A stretch of 64,000 bases of DNA from a virus (Duplodnaviria > Caudoviricetes), in IMG/VR virus record IMGVR_UViG_3300037423_001433, positions 18,879 through 82,878 of that record. One strand, written 5' to 3'. This document shows positions 20,601-29,270 of the stretch, one piece after another. Made by a program: the position numbers and the translations under genes. The notes under the pieces were generated by a model. That model searched no databases. It saw nothing but the letters and a program-made list of their open reading frames with translations, and was not told the origin of the DNA. How positions within the stretch are numbered: position 1 is the first letter of the stretch; the number at the start of each line of letters is the position of its first letter.

Positions 20601-20891
20601 ATCTACCTGTGCGCCTAATGCAGCAGATACATCAATAAATGCTTGATCTTGTGTTCTCAAAGACATCAAATAAGCATTAGATTGAGAAACATTCAGTCCC
20701 AACATATCTGCTTGTTGCATTTGTTTTGACAACAACTTGCTAGCAGCGTCAGCTGATTTTGTCGTAGCATCAGTTAAAGCTTTAGTGGAAGTCTCTGCTT
20801 TAGCAGAGTTGTCAGCAATGTTTTGAAGACCATCCGCAAGGTCTTCAATACCATCACTTTTTACTTGTACTGCTAAAGTTGAAATATCCAT
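17613..20891 (-). CDS. tape measure protein
   Basis: 1092 aa Ala/Gln-rich helical; C-terminal GEKGPELFVP motif. Confidence 0.9.
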   Translation of the reverse strand: MDISTLAVQVKSDGIEDLADGLQNIADNSAKAETSTKALTDATTKSADAASKLLSKQMQQADMLGLNVSQSNAYLMSLRTQDQAFIDVSAALGAQVDEYKALAAAQAEAIRMNNQMDAAARARAKDEADYLRTLQLQVDTIKANSAEKAAAVAASRGYSAETIAQAKSLGAALDDAGEKGVGALAKIGLGTVGAKRELMVLAHETLSGNFSRIPGSFMVLGERAAASGVSILGIGAAIAAVVGVFAGFAYLVNEGAQEQRDFDNSLKMTSNSAGLTSASLQQLSIQYTTVRTTTNAARAAFEDIASYGLYTRSTIEAIGKGAIQMSEMTGESTDKTLKFYDGLAQGASKWALEHNQAIGTMDAKEYELIVTMEKAGKSQEAMAEAVKALTPVIDQNVNELSIWTRGWRAVSNAVSDTFDAISSIGKKSTQIDFTQAEASLKAMQEQMKSDNLMGGTDKNLQNQIDAQASLVEQLRQKMAAEQEAADKQADDARIRKESANAQKEIDILKNQFATNAEKRAEEEANVNMLYGKLKEDAILYGVDTAKIEEDRLKMIQNVREKYKDKKTPGERAAENDAYNQAIAQIQSDAEAAKRELKAAQSANDAAFKAGEIDRVQMIKANADVAVAAYNKEAAAYQRMIDTATGDLNKKAAQQRYGNQIQAAEDNAKQAQIQAQQDVNVELSRLYQENEQNHIKTLEREGQYVAAAAEKNSLLQKQAAAQSFNLGMLMAQEMDGGVAPTKELDMYVQELTEKMRVLQETMKANTIEGQFKEADAQFKTLYDNVKAHITELQDVTDQGGILAKVIADREVKSYEQQQLPLLRQKLDLLKQIQNATPEQTKAIAQADAEVKKMQDDLNKTSALSGAQDALLKYTQSAQNDATLIGGALNSAFSSAENTLTTFLSKGKADFKSFADSIIADLARIAAKKAIASLFGGSGFTEAPNSGGGSSYNGMFSSIFGAVAQYYTGVNLNSVSSYSGQTAESEEMGLAGNSSVGYGESLGQYAEGGTPPMNKVSLVGEKGPELFVPKQSGTIIPNDQIANMMGGTQVNYSPTIHIDSRSDSAQIRTMVSAMVQQGNSQLVEKLNRAGKLRG

Positions 20892-21341
20892 TTATTTTTC
20901 CTGATTTTTTCTAATCGATTTAAATACTGACTTTGCTTGAACTAACACAGATGTTCTGTCAATCTCATCTGGCAATGCATAAGGCATTTTGGCATCTTTG
21001 CTTTTTGCTCGGTTAAATTCACAAGCATAAGAATGACTCATCATCTTAAGAAGTTTCAATTCCCAGTTAGAAAGAGATTTATTAGTGAGATTGTACCAAC
21101 TCTCCATCTCTTGCCAATTCAATGGGGCTATACCTTCTGCTGTCTGCATAACCAAACCAAGTTCATGAAAAAATTCTATCAAATATTCCGCGCCTTCAAT
21201 TGGAGGCAAATGAATTTTGTAATCAGGGTCTTCTCCACGATACACCTCTAACCTGCTCTCATACTCTCCTTCTGGAGTAGCATGGAACCATGCCAATTGT
21301 CTGCAGTATAAAGTTAGGCTAGAGGTTATTGAGTCAAAAAA
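20892..21341 (-). CDS. tail assembly chaperone, frameshifted (GT) portion
   Basis: -1 frame open from the slippery site through to the tape measure; only a TTG start otherwise. Confidence 0.7.
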   Translation of the reverse strand, partial: FFDSITSSLTLYCRQLAWFHATPEGEYESRLEVYRGEDPDYKIHLPPIEGAEYLIEFFHELGLVMQTAEGIAPLNWQEMESWYNLTNKSLSNWELKLLKMMSHSYACEFNRAKSKDAKMPYALPDEIDRTSVLVQAKSVFKSIRKNQEK

Positions 21342-21736
21342 GCTGCAGGATCAATCAATGCTTCATCAACTTGGCGTTTGAACCAAAAATATTGTGGGTT
21401 ATTATAAAGTTCGCGGAATGCATCTGGATTATCTAAAGCTGCACCGTTATAAGTCAGGTTATTAACTTTAATGGAGCAGGCAACAAGCAAATCAATACTT
21501 TCTTGCTTAAGCTCATCAAATGTAGGGTCTGGTAATTTTTTTGTTTTACGTTTCAAATCCCTAGCACGCATCGCTGTAATAGCATTGATATATTGCTTAG
21601 ACGAAGGGCCATACAATTCGATTGTAACTGGTAGAGTGTTATCTGCATCCGCAAACAAGAACTCATTTGTTGCAGGATGACGCAATTGATACTCAGTTGT
21701 ATCTTTCAGCGCAAGTGTGTTAAGATCAAAAGACAT
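21326..21736 (-). CDS. tail assembly chaperone (G)
   Basis: between major tail and tape measure genes. Confidence 0.75.
   Translation of the reverse strand: MSFDLNTLALKDTTEYQLRHPATNEFLFADADNTLPVTIELYGPSSKQYINAITAMRARDLKRKTKKLPDPTFDELKQESIDLLVACSIKVNNLTYNGAALDNPDAFRELYNNPQYFWFKRQVDEALIDPAAFLTQ
21335..21341 (-). other. -1 programmed ribosomal frameshift site T TTT TTG
   Basis: X XXY YYZ heptamer two codons before G stop; -1 frame reads FFDSITSSLTLYCRQLAWFH. Confidence 0.75.
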
Positions 21737-21799
21737 GTGTAGTTTTCCTATTGGTAGATATATTATTAGATTTGTTCGTACCCTCTGCGTGGCTTAGAA

Positions 21800-21828
21800 A
21801 CAAACAAGGCTACCTTGTGAGTAGCCTT
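21800..21828 (-). terminator. intrinsic terminator after major tail gene
   Basis: AAGGCTAC/GTAGCCTT stem then GTTTGTTT on minus strand. Confidence 0.55.
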
Positions 21829-21874
21829 TGGAGAATCAAAATGTTATACAAATTGATTAAAACAGTTTATTATT

Positions 21875-22312
21875 TTAGACTTCGATTACGTCGCCATCAA
21901 TAGCGATAGTAGCATCAGCACCAGTAATTTGGTCAACGTTACCGACTGCATTTACATACGACATCACTTTACCGCTAAAATATTCGTGAGTACCGTCTTG
22001 CAAAACAACTTTAAATGCATAAGAACTGTCAGATGCCAAAGCTGTAAGCATTTCTTGCTGGCCTGCGTCAGATGCCAATTTTGCCATTTTTAATTGCAAT
22101 TGTCCGTTATCATACGAACCTTTGAATTTTTTAGTTTGACGTTGTGTCAGGGATGTATGTTTAACTTCAGTATATGTTTTACCAAAGCTACCCAAATCTG
22201 TAATCTCTGCTACTGCTGTCCATGAAACTGCAGCAAAACCCGCTGCGTCGTAAGTTGCCGGATATGCACCAATCGATAGTGTTGTTCCTGCCGATGTCAT
22301 TACATTAGACAT
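21875..22312 (-). CDS. major tail (tube) protein
   Basis: 145 aa; EITDLGSFG...KKFKGSYDNG pattern; synteny. Confidence 0.85.
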   Translation of the reverse strand: MSNVMTSAGTTLSIGAYPATYDAAGFAAVSWTAVAEITDLGSFGKTYTEVKHTSLTQRQTKKFKGSYDNGQLQLKMAKLASDAGQQEMLTALASDSSYAFKVVLQDGTHEYFSGKVMSYVNAVGNVDQITGADATIAIDGDVIEV

Positions 22313-22346
22313 TTATTTTCCTTTTGTAATTAGTGTTATGATTGGA

Positions 22347-22694
22347 TTAAGCGAAAAGGTTATAAACCAATCCCGTACCACCAGTGATAGTAATTGTTCC
22401 CGACAAATATGCAGAAATTTTATCCAAATTCAAAATCTTGCTTTGTCCTGCAGCAATTGTCATCGAGAAGCCTGCTGCCACAGAAATTGTGCCACCGTAG
22501 CCATCTGGAGAAATTGTTCCAGCTGTACTACCAATGATTGTCATTGTAATGGGGGAACCTGTTGGGTTATTTACATACAACATCTGTTTAGAACCAGAAG
22601 AATACGCAAATGTATCCGAAGAACCACCTGTTGTACTTGTTAGTGTCACAGGGCCATTAACACCTGAAACAGTATTTTGTGCAATTGTTGCCAT
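22347..22694 (-). CDS. putative tail-associated structural protein
   Basis: Thr/Gly-rich beta protein before major tail gene. Confidence 0.5.
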   Translation of the reverse strand: MATIAQNTVSGVNGPVTLTSTTGGSSDTFAYSSGSKQMLYVNNPTGSPITMTIIGSTAGTISPDGYGGTISVAAGFSMTIAAGQSKILNLDKISAYLSGTITITGGTGLVYNLFA

Positions 22695-22745
22695 CTAATT
22701 TCCTTGTTAAGAAGACTGCCTTTCGGCCTGTACCCGATAGGGTGT

Positions 22746-23147
22746 TTATGAGTCGTAACGATATTTAACCGTAATAGGGACGTATCTACGACCTGAATTA
22801 TCTACTATTGCGCGTCCTGAATTTGGAGTTTGTTCTACGCTCACGGGAGAGTCTTTAGGAACAACAGGGTACAAAGCAATAATGTTTTGAACTAGATCAT
22901 CAACTTGCTTCGAGCCAGAACCATCAATAACCACTACATTTATTTGAAACAATCCAATTTGTCTTGTTCTGATACCACCTAAATTAGGATTTAAAGTTTT
23001 TGAGTTCATCAGAAAACATTCTAAATAAGGTGCATCATCAGGTTTTGTAAATGGAACTCCTTCAAAAGAAACAGCAATTGGAGGATTTTGTGCATCAGCG
23101 AAGTTTTTTAGTTTCGTTTCAAAATAACTTCTAATAATATTAGCCAT
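22746..23147 (-). CDS. tail terminator protein
   Basis: ATG at 23147 overlapping upstream stop; GLFQINV motif; synteny. Confidence 0.65.
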   Translation of the reverse strand: MANIIRSYFETKLKNFADAQNPPIAVSFEGVPFTKPDDAPYLECFLMNSKTLNPNLGGIRTRQIGLFQINVVVIDGSGSKQVDDLVQNIIALYPVVPKDSPVSVEQTPNSGRAIVDNSGRRYVPITVKYRYDS

Positions 23148-23580
23148 TACTTGTAGCCCTTTGTATTGATAAAAACACCATTCGATAAGGGCCAATCGCG
23201 CCTGTGTATCCGTCTTCTTTTCTCCATCCAATAGTCTCAGCAAGTTGAGCATATGGCACATTGTTTGTCAGAGTTAAAGAGCCGTCTTTACCCAAGAATT
23301 CTGTTGTTCCTTGGAGTTCATTCACACGCTCTATGCTTGCTGCACCTGTTGGGCTTGTGTCATCTGTCAATTCAGATGAAAAATCATTTCCAATGCTCGG
23401 ATACCATTGATTAGATAGTAAGCCTTTAGCAAAGTTAGGATGATTTACGTTAAAAGTAGGGGAAGGGGTAGATTCAACAATATCAGTAAAAAGATTCACT
23501 GCTGTGGTTGTAACTTGGGTATTGACATCTTCTAATATTTTCTGTATATTATTTTTTATACTGTCTGAAAATGTGCCCAT
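23140..23580 (-). CDS. neck/tail-completion protein (HK97 gp10-like)
   Basis: LTNNVPYA..LE motif; synteny. Confidence 0.65.
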   Translation of the reverse strand: MGTFSDSIKNNIQKILEDVNTQVTTTAVNLFTDIVESTPSPTFNVNHPNFAKGLLSNQWYPSIGNDFSSELTDDTSPTGAASIERVNELQGTTEFLGKDGSLTLTNNVPYAQLAETIGWRKEDGYTGAIGPYRMVFLSIQRATSNG

Positions 23581-23597
23581 GAATTTTCTACTCTTTA

Positions 23598-23626
23598 ATT
23601 ATAACACGAAAGTATCTATTTGTCAA
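23598..23626 (-). promoter_or_regulatory. consensus sigma70-type promoter
   Basis: TTGACA-17-TATAAT on minus strand. Confidence 0.75.
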
Positions 23627-23633
23627 GTTATTT

Positions 23634-24032
23634 TTAACTTTGAGGTGGAGTTGGATTTTTAGATGACAAATATGTTTTTGCCAAATCAATCAGTTTATCC
23701 ACTGTTTTAGTCCCTGCCCAAACAAGCTGAAAAGAAATGTTCCAATAGAACAACTCTCTTAGTACTTTGACAAGACCATCCACATTATCTGTAGTACGAA
23801 TTCCGTTCATTAACACATAGACCAGCGCCCACGCACTAAAAACAAGAGAAATAGGGATTGCTGCACGAAGCCAGCTAACTTTGCCAGCATCATCCCTGAA
23901 TGCATCTCCCCAATCGAAGTTAGCATCTTTTTGCTTAGAAAACATTGCCCAGAAGATACCAAGCAACAAAACAGCTAAAAGGAGTGCAGGAAAATCGATT
24001 TGAGAACAAATTTTTGTAATTGTGTCTAACAT
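23634..24032 (-). CDS. membrane protein, holin-like
   Basis: AAGGA RBS at 24032 start; 2-3 hydrophobic segments. Confidence 0.5.
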   Translation of the reverse strand: MLDTITKICSQIDFPALLLAVLLLGIFWAMFSKQKDANFDWGDAFRDDAGKVSWLRAAIPISLVFSAWALVYVLMNGIRTTDNVDGLVKVLRELFYWNISFQLVWAGTKTVDKLIDLAKTYLSSKNPTPPQS

Positions 24033-24040
24033 ATTATTCC

Positions 24041-26218
24041 TTAGTATGGACTTGTATTTCCTAAATATTCCCAAATATATTTAGTCAGGCTCTTACCGCT
24101 TGCACAGAAACCTGATGTGTTGTGTCCACGGGTATAGATTGTGCATGAAGTGTTGTTTGCAGCTTCACATGTACCTGCCGTTGAAGTATCTGGGCCTTGG
24201 CATAGATCATCTTTAATAACAGCTTCATTAGGGAAAGGCCATAATGTAGTTCCTGTCAAACTCCCATTCACATATTTATTAACTATAGTAGCACCAATAT
24301 TTCCGCTTGGATTTCCTGTATTATATGCAGGCCCAGAAGTGATATCCGGTATCCATACAAAAGCAGGATCAGCATTGGTTGCATTTGGCATTACTGTATG
24401 AAGTGTGTTATTGCAATTCCACCATAAATTTGCAGCTGTAGTAGGTGTGCCAGCGTACTGTTGGTTATAACATCCTGCAGATGTGTAACTACCCCCATCC
24501 ACAAGCATATTTTTCATAGTGACGGAATTATATGAATAAGAATCTAAACGCACTCCGTTACCATTTGAGCCATACACAGTGTTGTGATTTAATATAATAT
24601 CGTGTGCGCTTCCTCTTGTGCTCGCTGTAGTATCAGCAGAAATCCACAAGCCACCCGCAGTACTTGAGTTAGAAACACCTATAACAGCATTATCATACGC
24701 TGTGAAAGTAGGTATAGTAGTACCAGTTATGTCACTATACATTGAAGAGTGGGAGTCATAATAAAAACCGCCATTTCCACTTGTTGCTACTGTATTGATT
24801 GCAATATTGCCATACCAACTAACTGTGCCAAGACCATATGGATAAGTGCTGTTTGTTACAGATGAAGTCGTAAATAACGGAGCATGCACATCTGCTGTAC
24901 TGTCTGTTCCATTATCAAAATCTAATACAATACTGTTTTCTACAATAGAGTGATCTTCATCATATTGAACAATACCAGCTTTAGGTTGACCATCGGGAGC
25001 ACCATCATAACGAGAGACACTTTCACGTACAATATTATTTACGCCACTATATAAAGCAAATGGATAACGTGCACCATAACCCCATGACCAGTCCCGTTCA
25101 AATACACAGCCATTGCAACGATTAGAGCCTGCCCCAAATATGTTAGCTCCGCTCGAACCCGGCAACGAGTATCCTGCACCTGTGTCATGGATATAAATAT
25201 TACTTGCACGAATATCTGCACTTGCTAATGTAGTACCTTGTGTGCAACCGCTTCCACCATTAGTGACTGTTGCAGTGCTAAGTGCTCCGCCACTTGTTGT
25301 AGTAATTGTATATTGTGCTCCAGTAATTCCACCACCCCAAATAGCTCCTAACCAAGAACTATTAGCTGAAAAACCACTACCTGCTTGTGCTATTGAAATA
25401 CTACCAACTGCACCTCCAGAACAAGTCACTGTTAATGCTGAACCTGTACCATTTGAGCTTCCATCAATATCAATTGGGCCTGAAGCAGAATGAATTGCTC
25501 TTAAATAACCAATTTCAATATTGCTACTACGCCAGATATAAATTGGAAGTTTAGTATATTGACCATCTATTGTGGCTGATGCAGTACCACTTGCACAACT
25601 TGGGGAACATAATGATCTTGTCCATCCAAAAAATCGAGTTGATTTTACTGATGTGCCTGAGACAAGATTGGTAGAGAATGATCCACCATTACCACCTAGT
25701 GATTGTCCTGCATAAGTGCCATCATCAAAATATAGCGTATCCCCCGCAGACATCAATGGTAAAACATGATTTAATGTCGCAAATGGGCTTGTCCTGCTTC
25801 GTCCCGTGTTTGAATCACTGCCACCGGGAGAAATCCACCATACATCAGAATCTTTTGGTGTGAATGTCGCCGCAGCATCTGTTGCTCCAGAAAATGTAAA
25901 TGAACAATTACTTGCTGTTGAAGTACCTGTACACTTTGTTCCACCCCAATTATAAAGCTCACTTCCTGTGCCATGCACCGTGCTACTGGCATTTGATGAT
26001 GCAGCTGTTGCTGTCAATGTTACAGTAGCCCCATTACTAAATGATGCAGAGCATGTGCCGGGGCATGAAATACCTGCAGGACTAGATGTAATAGTTCCGT
26101 TCCCATTAACAGTAACTGTCAATTGAGGAGCCGCAGGATTTATTAACCAAGGCATTACTAATGCTGATGTTATTGAGTAATAAAACATCAACAAGAAAGT
26201 GAGAATTATTTTTTTCAT
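24041..26218 (-). CDS. signal-peptide protein with Ig-like repeat and right-handed beta-helix (lyase-like) body
   Basis: MKKIILTFLLMFYYSITSA signal; WWISPGGSDSNTG...PFATL...GDTLYFDDGTY beta-helix start; 16 Cys. Confidence 0.6.
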   Translation of the reverse strand: MKKIILTFLLMFYYSITSALVMPWLINPAAPQLTVTVNGNGTITSSPAGISCPGTCSASFSNGATVTLTATAASSNASSTVHGTGSELYNWGGTKCTGTSTASNCSFTFSGATDAAATFTPKDSDVWWISPGGSDSNTGRSRTSPFATLNHVLPLMSAGDTLYFDDGTYAGQSLGGNGGSFSTNLVSGTSVKSTRFFGWTRSLCSPSCASGTASATIDGQYTKLPIYIWRSSNIEIGYLRAIHSASGPIDIDGSSNGTGSALTVTCSGGAVGSISIAQAGSGFSANSSWLGAIWGGGITGAQYTITTTSGGALSTATVTNGGSGCTQGTTLASADIRASNIYIHDTGAGYSLPGSSGANIFGAGSNRCNGCVFERDWSWGYGARYPFALYSGVNNIVRESVSRYDGAPDGQPKAGIVQYDEDHSIVENSIVLDFDNGTDSTADVHAPLFTTSSVTNSTYPYGLGTVSWYGNIAINTVATSGNGGFYYDSHSSMYSDITGTTIPTFTAYDNAVIGVSNSSTAGGLWISADTTASTRGSAHDIILNHNTVYGSNGNGVRLDSYSYNSVTMKNMLVDGGSYTSAGCYNQQYAGTPTTAANLWWNCNNTLHTVMPNATNADPAFVWIPDITSGPAYNTGNPSGNIGATIVNKYVNGSLTGTTLWPFPNEAVIKDDLCQGPDTSTAGTCEAANNTSCTIYTRGHNTSGFCASGKSLTKYIWEYLGNTSPY

Positions 26219-26219
26219 T

Positions 26220-27020
26220 CTAATTAATTAGCCATATGCCGGGAACATAAGTTCCACCGCCGCCTCCACCACCGGCAGCACCTTTAATAACTACTGCTTC
26301 AACAACCGTGTGTTTTGATGTTGAATTTGTGATAGACGGCCAGCCTGCAGTAACACCACTCGAAGTTGCAGCCATCTGTTGACTAGCACTTGCAATTTGT
26401 GTAAAGCCTGTTTCATTATTGTTTGAAACACTTGCAGTAAATCCTGTTTGTGGTGTTCCAGCCGTAACTACAGATTGTGCACTTGAATCAAAATACTGAA
26501 TCACGCAATCTGTTGCGACTGATGTAGCAGCTGTAGTAATTGTATTGGTTGTTCCTGTTTGATCACCCGCAGCTGGAGGTGTGCCATCAAATATTGTTGT
26601 TCCATCCCAATTAGCAGCCGCTATGTGATGATAAGCAATAACTACCGTGGTTCCAACACCATTTTTATTAACTGTAAGGGTTAGAGTTCCTGCAGCAGCA
26701 CCAGTAGTAATTTTTGAAGTATAAATAGCCAGCCCATGTGACGAAGTTGTGTAATAATCAACTTGTCTGGTATAAGTATTTCCTGCAGAATCCGTAATTC
26801 CACTGATTGCAGCAGGATCAGTATTAAAATTGGCCAAACCAACAACAATCAAATCTCCAGCATTAACTGCATTTGTCAGAGGAGTCGTGCTAAAATTCGT
26901 CGTATTATCAGCTGCACCGGGGTCTGTTGCTGACCCCGTATTCGCGAATGTACATCCAGCAGCGTAGGAATTTACTATAAAAACAAATAGCAACAATAAT
27001 GATAAAAGAATTTTTTTCAT
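26220..27020 (-). CDS. signal-peptide, Thr-rich beta-sandwich protein
   Basis: MKKILLSLLLLFVFIVNSYAAGC; TAATG overlap with upstream gene; Gly linker + YVPGIWLIN C-terminus. Confidence 0.55.
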   Translation of the reverse strand: MKKILLSLLLLFVFIVNSYAAGCTFANTGSATDPGAADNTTNFSTTPLTNAVNAGDLIVVGLANFNTDPAAISGITDSAGNTYTRQVDYYTTSSHGLAIYTSKITTGAAAGTLTLTVNKNGVGTTVVIAYHHIAAANWDGTTIFDGTPPAAGDQTGTTNTITTAATSVATDCVIQYFDSSAQSVVTAGTPQTGFTASVSNNNETGFTQIASASQQMAATSSGVTAGWPSITNSTSKHTVVEAVVIKGAAGGGGGGGTYVPGIWLIN

Positions 27021-28732
27021 TATCTTGCAACCCTCCAATTGAGTGTAACTGCACCCGGTGTAATGGAGGAACTAGTCATATTGCAAACTTTAAAATTAAC
27101 ATTTCCAGCAGTAGGATACGCTATAATTGTTAATGTTCCACTTGTGGACGGTGTATAACCTGTAATAGCAGTTGGATCGCCGTTAAAACCAGCTCGTACC
27201 ACATCCGTTGTTGCAACACCTGTAGCAGCAACAGTAACGACAGTTGCGCATGTACCTGAGGAAATTGCACTTGTTCCCAATGCAGCAGTTCCGCTTGCTA
27301 CCGTGTATGCCAAGGTTGCAGTCGCAACAGGTAATGTCAGAGTGTTAGAACCAAGTGCACCTGTTGGAGGAGAAATCGTAATAGAACCAGACGTAGCATT
27401 GTTATAAACAACTCCGCCTGCACTTGTTCCAGATACACCTAGCGTAATTTTACTTGTGCCATCAGTCGTAATGCCTGCTACAACTTTTGTATCAGTTGTT
27501 CCTGCACCTAGCACGACAGAGTTTGCAGTCAAACTACCACCTGAAGCTGTTACAGTGCCAGAGCCACCGGGTGTTGCACAAGAACCATCACCACGCAAAT
27601 ATGTAGATGCGCTGCAAGTACCAGACCACAAGCCATAAATGTCAGAAGAAGTATAACTATGCCATTCCAAGCCAGTAGCGCCAGAATTCACACGCAATTG
27701 TTGCAAACCTGTACCAACTGCCAAAGAGGATAAAGCTGTAGGACTTGTAAAATATGGCAGAGATAAATTAGCAGGCGTGCCAGTTACATTCGCCATGGTT
27801 CCACCAGAACCAAAGTTTACTGTGGAACCATCAGTGCCTGTAAATGTCAAAGTATTGCTTGCTGTAAGCGTTTTACCATCAGCAACAGTTAATGTAGAGC
27901 CTGTTGCAGGTGCTGTGATCGTAACTTTGTTTACCGTTGTTGCTGTAGCAGCACCAATATTTGGAGTTGTCAAAGTCGGGCTTGTTGCAAGAACAATTCC
28001 ACCAGAGCCTGTCGTCCCATTAGACATATCCGAAGCAGTAAGTTGGCCTACAGTAAAAGCCGCACCTGTGCTTGTTTGTTTTACTACTTGGGATGTTCCA
28101 CCTGTAGCACTGAAATCTGTTGTGCCAGCTGGCAAAGTAATTACACTCCCTGTGCCAGCTGTAGCTGCTGGTTTAACTTGCAATGTGCCTGAAGTAGAGC
28201 CGCTAAAAGTTAAACTCAAACCTGTTGCTGCGCCGATATTAGGAGTAGATAAAGTCGGACTTATAGCCAAGACTACGGAGCCACTTCCAGTTGTACCATT
28301 TGTCAAATCTGATGCAGCTAATGTCTGGCTTGCGCCTAATGCAACAGAATGACCTGCAATAGTAACTGAAGAATTTACCAAGTCTGTGTTTGCAACACTA
28401 GCGCATGATGCTGTACCCGACGCATTTAAACTACGTGGGAATTGATTTGTACATGATGTACCCGCATAAGCCCCTAATGCTCCTGCACCATTGTTTGTTT
28501 GCAAGTTACCGGAAACACCTGAAGGAGAAGAACCGCCTCCTGCTGGAGTCGCCCATGTGCCATCTCCACGCCAAAATGTAGTAGATGATGCACTTGTTCC
28601 ACTGTTCAAATGAGAGACATCCAAGTTACCTTGAACTTGGTTTGCCAAATTTATCTTTGTTTGAGCAAAAACTGAGGATGCACTTATTGCAAGTGACATC
28701 AAAAAAAATTTAATACCTGTACCAAGCCGCAT
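27020..28732 (-). CDS. signal-peptide fibre-like protein
   Basis: GGAG RBS at 28732; MRLGTGIKFFLMSLAISASSVFA signal; internal repeats NGTTGSGxxVLAxSPTLxTPNIGAAT and RGDGxxATP. Confidence 0.6.
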   Translation of the reverse strand: MRLGTGIKFFLMSLAISASSVFAQTKINLANQVQGNLDVSHLNSGTSASSTTFWRGDGTWATPAGGGSSPSGVSGNLQTNNGAGALGAYAGTSCTNQFPRSLNASGTASCASVANTDLVNSSVTIAGHSVALGASQTLAASDLTNGTTGSGSVVLAISPTLSTPNIGAATGLSLTFSGSTSGTLQVKPAATAGTGSVITLPAGTTDFSATGGTSQVVKQTSTGAAFTVGQLTASDMSNGTTGSGGIVLATSPTLTTPNIGAATATTVNKVTITAPATGSTLTVADGKTLTASNTLTFTGTDGSTVNFGSGGTMANVTGTPANLSLPYFTSPTALSSLAVGTGLQQLRVNSGATGLEWHSYTSSDIYGLWSGTCSASTYLRGDGSCATPGGSGTVTASGGSLTANSVVLGAGTTDTKVVAGITTDGTSKITLGVSGTSAGGVVYNNATSGSITISPPTGALGSNTLTLPVATATLAYTVASGTAALGTSAISSGTCATVVTVAATGVATTDVVRAGFNGDPTAITGYTPSTSGTLTIIAYPTAGNVNFKVCNMTSSSITPGAVTLNWRVAR

Positions 28733-28973
28733 GTGTATCTCCGGTTGCCATTGCAACTGTGTAAGTAATAGTATTGCCACTCAATGTGTAATCAACTCCA
28801 CCATTTTTCATAACAACGCCATTGCGCATCAGAACTAAAGAAGCGGGAGGATTCGGTGAATGACCGAGCGTAAAAGTTGAACCGGGAATTGCACCAGATG
28901 GCGTCTCTGAATCTGTAAAATTAGGAACAGTTCCGCCACCGCTGCCTGTAGAGGATGATGGGCTAATAGGCAT
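28710..28973 (-). CDS. small structural-type beta protein
   Basis: ETPSG...FTL...NGV...DYTLSGNTIT pattern seen in phage fibre modules. Confidence 0.5.
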   Translation of the reverse strand: MPISPSSSTGSGGGTVPNFTDSETPSGAIPGSTFTLGHSPNPPASLVLMRNGVVMKNGGVDYTLSGNTITYTVAMATGDTHAAWYRY

Positions 28974-29257
28974 TATGCCTCCTGTACTAAAATTCGTGTG
29001 CCTGCTGCTGCGTCACAATACACCCAAAGACCACTCTCCCCAGCGGATATATTTGCAAAACTCCCTACACTACCAGCATAAAGTGGTGCGCCAATCTGTG
29101 TATCTGTATCTGGAGAAGTCGCTTTAATACATAACAGGCAAGCATTGCTACCTTTATTATAAACATTAACTGCTGTACCAACAACGATCCCTGTTGCCGC
29201 GTATAAATCCGTCCAAGTTTGTGATGCAATCAATACATCGTCTCTTGTATTTGCCAT
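28973..29257 (-). CDS. hypothetical structural protein
   Basis: 94-aa ORF after stopper, AAGGA RBS. Confidence 0.5.
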   Translation of the reverse strand: MANTRDDVLIASQTWTDLYAATGIVVGTAVNVYNKGSNACLLCIKATSPDTDTQIGAPLYAGSVGSFANISAGESGLWVYCDAAAGTRILVQEA

Positions 29258-29270
29258 TACATTTCCTTAA

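Noticed and set aside
27020-28732. Two RGD tripeptides as integrin ligands
   Set aside because: They sit in a repeated [WL]RGDG[TS] fibre-joint motif common in phage fibres; no evidence of eukaryotic targeting
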